NCBI RefSeq assembly: GCF_009834535.1
Contig: NC_045696.1
Coordinates: 92,010,001-92,074,000 of the forward strand
DNA from: Camelus ferus
Lineage: Eukaryota
Direction: 5' to 3'
DNA length: 64,000 nt
Numbering within the stretch: position 1 is the stretch's first letter; the number at the start of each line of letters is the position of its first letter. The translations under genes and the position numbers were made by a program. Under the pieces are notes generated by a model. The model did no database searches. It saw only the letters and a list, made by a program, of their open reading frames with translations, and was not told the DNA's origin. Shown piece after piece: positions 25,901 to 38,650 of the stretch.

Positions 25901-27084
25901 ATCACCAGTAAGTAAAGGTTGTGTGGAAGAACAAGAAGAAAAAGAGTTCTTCAAGCACTTTGCTTCTTGGAAGAAGAGTGGGGACAGGGAAGGACAGGAG
26001 CAGAACAGAAAGTTGGAGAAGGAAACCTTCTGAACAGGGGGCACACAAGAGATGAGAGTATGTGTAAGAGGGTATAACAGGCACTGTGAGAGGTGCCAGG
26101 CCATGAGCTAAGGGGGTAAGTTCAGGGTCTCAGAGCCTCAAATATGGGTAGGAATTTAGAGTATTAAGCAGATGGTGATAAAGGGTCAAAGTAGTAAACT
26201 TTAAAAAAAAAAAAGTAGTAAAACAACAAAAAACAACCCCAGGATATTAAAAACAGAGCAACAGAGACAGTACTAGAGATAGGGGTTGGGGTAGAGGGGA
26301 GCACAGGGCTCTGTAAAGGCAGGGTGCAATCATCCTGGCAGATGGGAACCTGATCTGACTTAAGGGCAGCCCTACAGAGGGATGGCCAGAAAAGAGTGAG
26401 TAATGGGAGACAGCCACTCTGGAGCAGGGTTTAGATTTGGTTAAATATATCATGTGGCTATACCAATCAACCTTGATTTACCCAAAATATAACCCTATCA
26501 TGATGAATTAGAAAAAAAATCTTGTGACAGACTGCTGATTTTTGCTTCAAAGGGAAGAATGAACTTGAACTGCTGAAATATTAACAATTCTGTTTCTATT
26601 TGCTTCACCAACAAACACACCACCACATACCAATATAAGAATCCTAATATAAAACTAATTTAAAATTCTGAAAAGGACAGCCATTCTCATAATTTAGATG
26701 CTTTAAAACAATGGTTCTCTTCCTACTCAACAAATAGCTTGACATACCAACATTTCCAACATACATTATCAACGCACAGAGCACCAACACCCACACTAAG
26801 TCAGACAGTAAGCCCCATACACCATCATTTCATTTATGTATATTTCAGATACTAAAAAGGTCCTACAATATGATACAGCTGTAATAAAAACCAAAACTAT
26901 TAAAGGAAATATTTGCTGTATGTAACAAATTAGTAAGAAAATGATTTCTTTGCTAGATAAATAGTTCCTGGGATTCTGCATTTGGGAGCTCAGTAGACTG
27001 TAACCATTTTAGGCAGTTTTTCTATTTGTAAATTGCTTGAAGCCAAGACAAAAATGTGACATGAAAACAAATAACAGTAATCTT

Positions 27085-28000
27085 AAGTAGACATATTGAT
27101 TAGGCACTGGGCTACGTGTTGGGGATAAGAAGATGAAAAAGGCAAAATGCCAGAGTCAGTGGAAGAAAGCAAGAGAGACAAGAAAACCCTGTGGCACTGT
27201 GTGAAATGCGGCACTAATGTGGTCTGAGAACAATCCAGAGGCAAAGGGTCTACCTCTCCTGGGAAAGGGGTCACGAAAAGTGGTCAAGGAAGGTGTCTCA
27301 GAGTGGATGAAATGAGAGCCAAGTTTGGCTGGCCACCAGACAGACAGTGGGAGGCAGGACACTACACGCAGAGTGACTGACGTGTAAAAGTGAACTAAGT
27401 GAGGAACAAGACATTCAAGAAGGAGCAGCACATGAAATTTGTGTGGTAAGTCAGGATGCATGTGTGTGTGAACAGGATGACAAGACTGGACTGGGTAGGT
27501 TGGCTCGGGCCAGATGCTAAAGAGCTTTGTATGGGGTTAAGAGGTTAGGACTTGATTCTGTGGGCAGCAGGGATCACTGGAAAAGTTTCGGCAAGGTTCA
27601 GACTTGCCTTTTATAAAGGTCACTTCAACAGTAGTAGTATGGAGGACTGGTTGATTTATTTTTGGTGGTGAAAGGTGGTGAAAGGTGGGGGAAGAGTGGA
27701 GACAGGCTAAATACTTATTAGCATATTTATTTATCATTAATATTTATTATTTTATGGTTAGCCATCTATAGCTACCAGAATTGCACGTGAGACAAATGAT
27801 GGTAGAGAACTAAGGAGGCAACAGTGGAGATGATTTGAGAGGTATTTAAGAGTGAGAATCTAACTGCATGGAGGATGATTACATGTGGGGCTGAAGGGAG
27901 TGAGAAGAGTCCAGGATGTGTCCCATGTTCTGATGTGGGTGACTGGATAATGGTGCCATTAAGTGAGACAGGAAATGCAGGAGATGAAACACATTTAAGA
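27085..28000 (-). mobile_element. L2 fragment(s) in intron 2
   Basis: Purine-rich L2-like text: taggcactgggct..., ggaaaagtttc..., gactggataatggtgccattaagtgagacaggaa. Confidence 0.6.
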
Positions 28001-31000
28001 GGGAAGATGATGCAAACAAAATATAGAATTCAGACTTTAGCAAAGGTCAGTGAAATATAAAGTTTTCTGGACATTAGTTTGTACAGTTTTAACCAGATGG
28101 GTTAGACTTCGAAACCTTGGCTTCCTGCCTGTAAGAGTTAACTAGTTTCTACAAGGATAAATCTGTGACCTCAAACTAATTAACACCCCCTGCAATCAGG
28201 TGGATTAACCATACATAATTATTTATTACTATGATGTAAAGTGAAAATATCTCCCCAAAATGAGGGTCACAATGACAGAAGGATAAAGATCAAATGCAGT
28301 ACGGAGAGTATTTAGGCTCTTCTGCTACAGACTTGAGACAGGCATGACAGATGGGGTATCTTTGCTGCTGCTAAAGAAATTTCACAGGCGCACAAAATAT
28401 AGCTGGCTTTTGATACCTGGCTTTGATGTTTCCAGGAACTCATTTACAATGCTAGAATATCTGGCAGCTTATATAGCCCTTCAAATACGTTACAAGGTGT
28501 TGAGAATCAAAGCCACAGCATACATAATACCAACATATTTTGTGAAAGCAGTGTAGTTATTAAACTTCAGAGGACTATGTACTCTTAACTTTCTGCTCTA
28601 GAAGCATAGTAACTGTCATTTATTCTGTTACTAATTAAGATTTTTTTGCTAACATCAACTCAAATAAATAGCACAAAGCTGTTGGGGAACGCAATAAGAT
28701 TTATCTTTGTATGTTGCTTGCAAGCAAAGCAACACCTTTCAGTATTTACCAGAGGTTAAAATTGTCTTCTTAACTTTTAGACTATGATATTGGATCCTGG
28801 TAATACTGGGTTTTCCCCTTTGTATCCAAAAGTAGCTATAGACACAGACATACCTACAAATCAAAATTGGGAGTTTACACTCTGTAGTTATGTGCAGGCT
28901 AAGAATCAAATGTTGACTCTCAATTATATCTGCCCCCCTCTACGAAGACCTTGACTTAACCAGGGCAGGATCACTGAGACTTAGATTGTTCTGTAAAACA
29001 ATTAATACCAAACTTGGATCACAGATTTACCTCAAAAGACTTTTGGTTAGGAAAAACAATTCCCCACTCTAAGATACAATGAGCTCCTGGGGACCAGCTT
29101 TCTTAGGGCAAACTTCTGTGTATGCTGCTCTCTCGGTCCCTCCTAGGATCCCTTGGACACAGGTGAATGAGAAGCAGTAAGTTATTGAGTGGATGCTGGT
29201 GCAATCACATTTACTTGTATGCTAAATCCCATATTTGATTTATAAATTGTTAGACATCTAATGTCTGGTGTTACATTGATTCTAGAAGTGAACACAGTGA
29301 AATATAAATGAGAGGCTAAGAATAGGAAAAAAAAAAAAAAAAAGGCAGGCAGGTAGGTTTTATAAGTGAAAGGATATACCTTGTTTTTAAGCTTTTGTAA
29401 TTCTGTAGTCTCCAAAAGCACATGGGGAACTAAACAGACACATAATACTGTTTATTTTCAAAAAACTTTGTACTAAGACATGGCCATTTGAGTAAATCTA
29501 AATGTTTCCTGAACCCCTAAGAAATCATATCATACACTGATGTCCCCACCACCCCATGCAATCACTTAAAGCAAATTACCATATCCACTTGACGAAGAGA
29601 ACCTACTAAAATACTGTTATGTTGGGCTTTTTTTTTTTTAACTACAAAACTATTGGATCAAAGCAGAGAATACAGAAGAACTTTTTAATAAGATGTGGAT
29701 AAGCCTAAAATCTTTCATAAATAAAAATTATAAGATCAGAAGACCTCACTGGTATCTATTTATGGAGGTGCAGGATTAAATTTTGCACCCTGAAGACATG
29801 AGAAATGTCATACAGCCTTAACTTTTATCCAAGTTCAGTCACATGTCCTGAGACTCCTAGAAGGTAACTTAAATGAGACGTACTTCTCAACCATAGCCTG
29901 AAGAGGAAGTGAAACTTAATTTCTACAAGAACAGCTGGGATAGAAAGTGCACAACAGATTTAAAAAATGTGTATCATGCCTTATACTACCTTAAATTATG
30001 CAGTTATTGCTTTTTATGAAGATGAGTAAATCCCTTTGTTAAGTGAAATATTTTTAAAACCGACAGGTTTCTATCTTCCCTCAAAGTAGACAATAAAAAA
30101 AGTCTGCCATATACTTGCTGATTAATTAAATTTTGTGGATATAGAATTTGACAATATTTAAAGAGGGCTGAAATATATGTTTATAAAACTCTTCTACATA
30201 ATTATAAAATCAGTTGTATGCAAATGCTAAGATTAATTAAAAGTAATTGTTTTTAAATAACCTCAAACAATTCAGAACTCATTACACATAAATTAAATAC
30301 TAATTATAAATAATTATCATAAAATATATCCTCTAATAACCCCTAGTAAGATACAACCTATTAGCTTAATTTATTTCTGGGTTGGCTTTTTAAATTATAA
30401 ACATCTCCTTTTAAAAAGTTTTTATTTAGAATTTTCTCAGTTTTGTCTTGTCTTTTCCCCCAATTAGCACAAATAAACTAACTGATAAATGACCAAGTTA
30501 AAAATATACTTATAAGAAGTTCCTTATATCTGGGTTCTCATAATAAGCATGAAAGATCTGAATGTATACAAACTATATAAAGAATTATCACTCCCTAAAA
30601 GTTTTTGAAACAAAGTTCTGAAAGAAAAAAAAGACTTTCTACAAAAAATATATTAAGAGATAATTTTTTTTATTGTCTAGTTTTTGTAAACTATGACCAC
30701 AAAACCTTCCAACAGTGTCTTAAGCCAATAACTATTCCTACAGGAGATGGATTCTGCAAAACGAAGTTTCTCTTCCAACTTTATCAATTAGTTAAGATAG
30801 CCTAAATTACTTTTTAGTAACAAATTAATTGTAGAACACTTTATATAGTGCTTCTGATGTGTGGCAGCCTTTGGACAATCTGAACATCAGAAAGCAAGCA
30901 AGCAAAGTTCCTTCTGTTTCACATACTCTACCCCCATTCAAGGATGTCTTTTATTACCTTGGAAGGCAAACTGAGTATTTCTCCTGTGCTTATTTTATTC

Positions 31001-34000
31001 TCACAACGCCTGGAAATGAAAGAGCGAAGCCAGGTGACAGTAAGAAACCAAAGACCAACCGCAGCAGGAAATTATTTAGAGTATTTTGTGCCATTTGCCC
31101 TCACTACGCCCTGATCAGCTGCAGAAGCTGTGAAGATCACAAGGTGCAGGCCAGATTCTGAAAGCACATGCACTAAAACTGCAAGCAAAGTTCACCCTTG
31201 GGCCCCTACTCCTGCCATTTTTCACTGACTATTCAACGCTGGTAAAAACTTAAGAGCAAAGGATGTCACACAAAACTCTATGGCTGTATGTCAAATGAGA
31301 AGGAACAGTTTAAGAATCTCTTAATCCAAAAAGAGAAAAAAATTAATGTAATAGAGAAATTCCTGTAAATGTGGCCTAAAAATATTTTCCAATCATTGTT
31401 AAGTGCAGTTTCAACACAAGACTATTCATAAATCCTTCCCTATGCTCAAAAGCAACAGCACCAAAACAAAGGATATCCATTTGCATGAAGAATTCAAATT
31501 TCCCGAACTCTTTCTCAAACTTAAGTCACGTGGGATTCTAATACACTTCTTACATGATATTTTGTGGCACACACATTCACAAATCCCTGTTTTCTGCAGA
31601 ATGTGAAAAACAGTCCCTCTAGCATTCTCACTTGCATACAGGCTTATCCTCTCATTGTGAAGACCATGCAGAGGTTCTTTACTGGTCAAGTGGGTGTTAC
31701 CAGGAAGTAAACAACACATAGCAGAGAAAGATCAAGGAGACAGGCAATATTTTGTTGTGTAGACATGGCAAATACGAATGCTTAGTTAACTCCCTTCTAT
31801 GCTTGTCTTAGCAACAGTAACTGGCTAAGTCAGCAAGGAAAATTGGAAGTTTCACAATGAGAAGTTTATTAATGTAATCAACTTCTAATATTTGAGTTCT
31901 TGATCACAGACTTGGTTATACTATCACAAGATTGTGATACTATCTTTTGCAAAACCTGAGTATAAATCTTTCAAACTACCAAGTTGAATAAGTGGAATTT
32001 ATTTTTACATAAAATTCTTTATTTTCAAAGATTTCAAAATGTATTTTAGAACCTATCCCTTGTAATTTCAAATCCCCCTATTAACAAGGAATTCGTCTAC
32101 ACTAGAAATTCAAGGCTTTCAGTTAATGTGTTAGGGATTGGGCTGGATTAGGTTTAACACTTACAGGGATTTTAAACAGAGGTGAGTCTGTGCAGTATGA
32201 TCCCTGGTCCCTAGAAAGCACTGCCATAAGTAATCTATAAATATAAAAGTACTATCTGATTTTGTTAAAGGAGTTCCTTCGTATCTAAAAATGTGACTTG
32301 TTTGCTCCTAGAAATGGTGAACTTTAATAGAAGTATTTTATTCTTTTGTACAGTTTCTGTTTACGGCCTTGCAAAGTACAGTTCACCGTAAGATCTTAAG
32401 CTATTACCTAATGATTTTAAGCCCAGAATGAAACACAAAATGGCTCAACCCTCAGCACTTTGATATCTTCCAAGGATACAAAAATCACTCAAATTCACTT
32501 CATTTTGACTTAAAGCTTCCAGATTTATTTTAAAAGAGAAACTCTACTGCTTTTACAAAGGGAGTTTCTTGCAAAACTTGCCAGTGTCCAAATTGAACCA
32601 ACCTTATAGAAAGTTGTTCTAGAATAATCAAGAATCATCCTGTGACTCAAAAATATTTATGCTTTCCTTCCACAAAAAGACAACTGCAACTCACAAACAG
32701 GATACTGGCAATTATCAAAGACTGCTAACCTAGGTTAAGAGGACCTCAGAGGTCCTAATGAAAATATGACCAAAATTATTACCAGGTTAAAGTATGATCA
32801 GACAAAGGATGCAGAATCTGGTGGTCTCAGATCAGAGGATAAGATACAAAAGAGACCATAAGAAAATAGTCACAATCTGGAATGGCTGGATTTTATTATT
32901 CCTTGAGTAGTCAAGGTTTGCGAAGGGCTACATACTGCTTCGCACCCTTTAGAAATAGCCCCCAAATACCAATATGAAACTAAGGATCACTAACATCAAA
33001 GATGCACAGATGGAATTTATGAATTTAGAATGCAAATCTAGAAATTCTAGTGTAACAATAGGAAATAATTTTACAGGGACACAATAATCAGTCAAAAGTT
33101 GCATTTTTTGCATGTTCACATATGAAGAATGAAGTTTTAAATGTTGAACAGAGTTATTACTTTTCCCTCTGTTTATTTACAATAGAAAGTAAAAGCTGTA
33201 TTGTCGACTCAATGAGAAAATGCATAAGTCAGGCAATTATTTTTAGGAACTGCCAGATAACCTGATAAGCTGTTTCCTCCAACTGTCTTGATTTAAAAGT
33301 TATACATCTTTGCTTTCTACAAGGTTCATTTTCATTACCATGAATACATCAGGAACAGACTGACCCCAACCTGAAGCCAGGTGACAGCTGCTTCAAAAAG
33401 TCTAATCTGCTTATTGACAAAATCAGAAGGGAAATAAATGAATGATTGCTATTGATTCTGATGACAGCTTTACACAGCCCCACTAACTTCTCTGGATTAG
33501 TACAGACAGAAGCCAATTAGTTTTATTTCATATGTAAATAGCATCATAAAGAGGTACAAAAAATAATTCATTGGATTGCTTTATCCTAAAACACAAGGCA
33601 CACATTTTGAAAGTCACTTCAAACACAGTTCTTGCTTATGGAGCTCTCTCTTTCTCTTAGGCAGGAATTTTTTAAATAAATTCAAACTCATCCAGCTGTG
33701 TATATTCAAGAAATACCAAAAGTCACAAGGCATAGTAAGCTTCAGCTGTTCTCCTCTCTCCAGCATTATCAATAACACATAATGAGTTAGTTCATACATC
33801 ATCACAGCTGTGCAAGCCAGAGCTAACTTGGCTAATTTAACTATTCCAGTAGAGTTCAGTCAGGAGCTTGCTCTGCTTTAGATAATCCACTCTGCAAGTC
33901 ATAGAGAATAACATATGCTCTTTATTATCATTAATATGCAATTCTCCTTGTCTTCTTTTACAGAGTTCCTGTGAAGTCTTCTAATGGTACTGTCCCTTGG

Positions 34001-37000
34001 ACAGATTAAAAAAACAAAAACAAAAACAAAAACTTCTAAGGGCAGTTAGCAATCAAAATCACTCAACACTAATGAACTAAGGCTATGACAACACGCTAAG
34101 CTTAAGCTTTAGTAAGTAAAATTCCTTCTTTAATCAACCAGTTTTAATTCTAAAGAGGAGACAAGAACACCGTCTTCTGAGAAAAATTAATCCCTCCTTT
34201 ATGCTCCCTCCTTTCTAGGAAATTCAGAATTGGACATATCACTGGTCATATTTTCACCTGCAGATTAACTCCAAAATAAGATCAGCACAGTGCCTCTTTC
34301 TTACGGGTGATAACTAGACTATTCTGGCACATTTTAAAATGAATGTAATGTGAAAACCAGTGGTGATCTCAGCTGCTAAAGGGAGATTTGCACATCCTCC
34401 ACAATTTCAATTATCCATAACTGTATTCTGCACAGTGAGACCCTTTAAAAACTGCTTAGTCCTGCCACTCAGTATCATTTTCTACTAAGGATGAGCGCCT
34501 AAACTGTCAGAGACTATGTTTGCTTAATCGAAAACACAACATTTGATGTTGTTTTCTTAACTGCATATTTGGAATTTGGAAATTCTCCAAAGCCTTGGCA
34601 TCTAAATATGGGGAGTTCATACATACAACTAGTTTCCAGTTGATGTTGGCAATAAAGGTTTGCAGATGTATAAATGCACTGAGAAAGAAAAATGGGATGA
34701 CATCATAATTTGGGATGAAGGCAAAATTGGAAAAGAATAATTAAAATAATTTCATTATAATAAACCAATTAAGCATTTTTATTATTGAAATCCTCTTTTA
34801 TATGTTTTTAGAATCTAAGTATTTTGACTAAAAGAGTTGGAAGGGACCTGTGAACTTATGCAGATCAACTTTTCCTCCCAATCATTCTTGAGAATAAAAT
34901 GAACACTGACACATCTAATTTGAATAAACTTTGGTGTTAAATCCAACACATTTGCAAACACAAATTTTATCTACACAGTTTCAAACTATGAACTTCTGTC
35001 TCTGCTAGAGACTCAGAACTATGAACTTTCCCCAAGTTCCACACACAATGAACTATTATTGGTGTAGTATATAATAATGATATACCAAGTCATATAAACT
35101 GCTGAAAACAAGTGGGATAAACAACTGCCATTCGTTATTCCTGAATCCAAAGACTGCTGGGTTTGACTTGGACATATACACAGCTGAACACACACTTCCT
35201 GGTTATGTGCAATCTGCACAGATAGACCAGCTTTACAGGCCTGACCACAGAGATTAATAGCTTTAGCCAAATAATGTGGTAACCATGTGAACCTGGGCTG
35301 CTCCAGCTTGTTTGTGAATCTCTCAGCAAGGCTCAACATGCCGTTATCTGCATCTTGTTGCCAGGAAACACAACATCGCTTTGGAATACAAGGAAAACCA
35401 GGTTGCAATGACCACAGGTCAACTTCCTAAAAGCCTAATTTTTGACACTTAGCTATCTACAATCTTATAACATTTCTTACTGTAGTCATCCATGGAGTAC
35501 TTCACTTTAATAGTAATTAACAGTTAATATTTTTTGCTATTTTTATCAGGGCAGGACCACTTACTACCATTAACAGTGTAGCAGCAGCAATAGTAATTAT
35601 AATAACTCACTCATACCTTTCCTCTCAAGTGTCAAAAAAAAATCGTTTACTTCATTAAAACTGATTTGGAAATTAAGCGCCCACTGCAACAACTTTATAA
35701 CTGATCCAGCAATGCATGTAAATAGGCTTTTATCTATGTCTACTATTCAGCAAAGAAATTTCACCAAAGGATAAAATATTCAATATGCTGCTCACCTCAG
35801 AGTTCCTGAATTTTCTGGGATCAAAATACCTGTCTTGCCTTGCTCATGGTAACAACGTTATGTGTTGGGCAATAATCCTACTAGTTTCCTCCTGACCAAT
35901 TCAAACAGATAGAAACTTAATGTACCAAGATGCTAAAGTACTCAGCAGACTGGGAATTTGCTTCATAAGAGTGAAATGGGAGGTCACTGTTCAGCACAGT
36001 TCTGCAATCTGGAGATGGAAGGATTAGAGTGGCTTTGAGAGTATATAAAATTAATTACCCTTGACATACCAATCAGAATGGCTAGCTCATGGGCAACAGA
36101 GATTTTGGACAATACCTTATTAAAAAGATTTTTAAGATAAAATGGAAAACACTTTTCTCTCTTCCAATGCTGGCTTAAAAAAATAAGTCAAAAGTACTTA
36201 GCTTTATTATACGATCTGAGAATTTTGCTACCCAAGTACTTGAATGCATTATATTATCAAGAGAACACATTTATGATCAGGAAAACTACATTCCTGATAT
36301 AATCTTTACTTTCATACCAAGGGGTCTTCTATATAATACTGCTTTAAACGTGGGCTTTATATTGTTTCCTGATCCTGTTCTACAAGTCCCTTCTGAAACA
36401 CAAGATGCAAAGTTTTAGTTTCATGATAATTAAGTTGCTAAAAAGACACACAGATCTGTGTACTATATAATGGAAATATTCAAAGAAAATCACTTACCTA
36501 ATACTAAGTGGGAGAAAGCAAAGTTAAAAAACAAAGACCAGGTTTCTGTAATGCCAACAACATTCTGGCACTGTGTTAGAACACGGAAGGTTAACATCAA
36601 AACTAATAGAATTAGACAACACGGGAATGGTTCACTGCCACCATTCGCCTTGCTGACTCTCCAGACACTTGGGTAGTGTAACCCAACTTTTCTGTGAACA
36701 AAGATGACTCTCAAGAAAGTTTTTCTCCTGACCTTCTGGGCTAGGATAGTTAGTCTCTTATTTAAGTCCTTTTACACTAAGAAGAAACAACTTAGGAAAA
36801 CAAAGATTAATGCTTATGATAGAGCCATTTTTGCACTAGCAACTTTATATGTGGCAACTATCATTTTCTCCACTTTCAAGTGCATTAAAGAAGAATTCAA
36901 ATGTGGAAATTTCAGTTCCTTATCAGTGAATAATGCTTGGACATCCATACTAAAAGAGCCAAATTATTTATATACAGTCTTTCCTACAAAAAAAAATGAG

Positions 37001-37733
37001 GATAACTTTTTTTATGTAAATGACAAATAAACATATCCATTAACATAAATCTTCCCTTCACTCGCTGTTAAAACTGACTCTTTTAAAGGTTTAAAAAAAC
37101 ACCGAGTTGTGGAACAATTTATTTTATGTATAAGATAAACAGAATAATAAAATTAATGGTAAAAAGCTTTAAGGGAAGTAAAAAAAAAAGAGATTTAACA
37201 TGTTTGGGCATGTTTAAGTTCCTCTCAAACTTCTGAATCATTCACAGAAAAAAACAGCTTGGACCATTCAAAATGAAAAGAGGGCCACAAAAATCTCCAT
37301 ACAATACTATTTTCCTTTAAAAAAAAATAGCAGCTACTTAATATGCAAAACTTTACAATTAGATAAATTAGGCATTCATTTTTTTATAAGATTCTCCATG
37401 GATTTTCTTTCAAAAGCAAGCTCTCCTGTGTGATTAAAATAGTATTTGACTCACAACATTCAATGTATATCCAACTTCTCAGTCACACACATATTGCACA
37501 GAGTGACATCTGAATTGTTCAAATCATAAAAGCTTCATTGTCTGCTTAGATAAATAGCCTGCATTCAACTGCCATGAAAAAGTCAGGATAGCATACAGCC
37601 AAAAGAATAACAGTAGAAAAAAGAATAAAACCTGTTAGGTTACTCCTGAAAAAAACCACCCTACTAAGGTTTTAGGCTCTTTACCTTCTCTGCAGGATTT
37701 AACAACAGCTTTAAAGCAGTGATAAATACATAC

Positions 37734-38650
37734 CCATACTTCATTCTCATTCTATCATTCTCTGGGTTACAGTAAAATCTTTCCAAGTGTTCCTGGGAAT
37801 CATTGGATACACTCTGCCACTTCTGAGTAGTTGTCCTCTTGACCTGCCAATGATATGGCAAGACTGTGTGGTGCTTCAAACAATCCCTGCCATAAATACA
37901 AGTGCCTTGCAAAAAGTCCATGCAAATTTCAATTCCATTCTCTTGGTGAGTGTGGTACTGTAGCTGGTTCACCAGCTCAAACACAAGGTCAAGGGAAGCC
38001 TCCTCACTTTTGTCCTGAAAGAGCTCGGTACTCAACTTATCACTGGTGTCCAAAATGTACTGGATTGTAAAACTGTTGTCTTGGAAAACCCCTGGAACAT
38101 AATCCATGACTTTGTCTATGCAGTCAGGACTAGCAGGAACATCACCTGAAACAGGATGCAAAAGGTCAGTCTGGAAGTGTCCTGCTGTAGAATCTGCCAC
38201 TGTCCCACTGATGGTTTCTGGTGGAAAGCTGTGATCCTGGATTGGAACCACTTGTTCTGGAGCATCAGTGGGAGGATGGGCTTCTGATATTTGGCCCCCA
38301 ACATTTGTCCCATCAGGAATCAGGACAGACATATTGTTTTCTGCTGGTGGACATGATGGATTGATTTCCAAGGGTTTTTTCACCAAAGGTTCATGTAAGC
38401 TGCTCTCATCTGCACTCTGGTTTCTAGATCTAAAAACCCCATCAAGTGAGCCAGATTCTAGCAAAGTGTTTAATATTGGCCTCAAAGACCTCAGGGTTCC
38501 GGTTCCCAATCTCTTCTGATCCTTTTTCTTAAAGCAGGTCTTCAATGGAGTGATCTTCTCAGAGAGTCTCATTTGGCATGAAAAGTCATCAGGAGGAGAG
38601 GGAGGCTGCACTATACAGCCTGGCTCAGGTTCGGTGGTTTCCATTTCCAT
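37734..38650 (-). CDS. TIPARP: TIPARP coding exon (exon 2, 917 nt coding): N-terminal region, KKK NLS-like motif, CCCH zinc finger CMDFLQGTCIYGRDCLKHH
   Basis: ATG at 38650 in strong context (actATGG), inside ORF 37664..38668. Donor GG|GTATGT at 37734/37733. Acceptor ggtag|GATTTT puts the exon start at ~38689 (39 nt of 5' UTR). Confidence 0.97.

Noticed and set aside
32726..32756. Adjacent palindromes taacctaggtta and aggacctcagaggtcct
   Set aside because: Short enough to occur by chance in 64 kb, with no matching motif or repetition elsewhere.
35408..35420. TGACCACAGGTCA as an estrogen response element
   Set aside because: The half-sites are everted rather than the GGTCAnnnTGACC arrangement.
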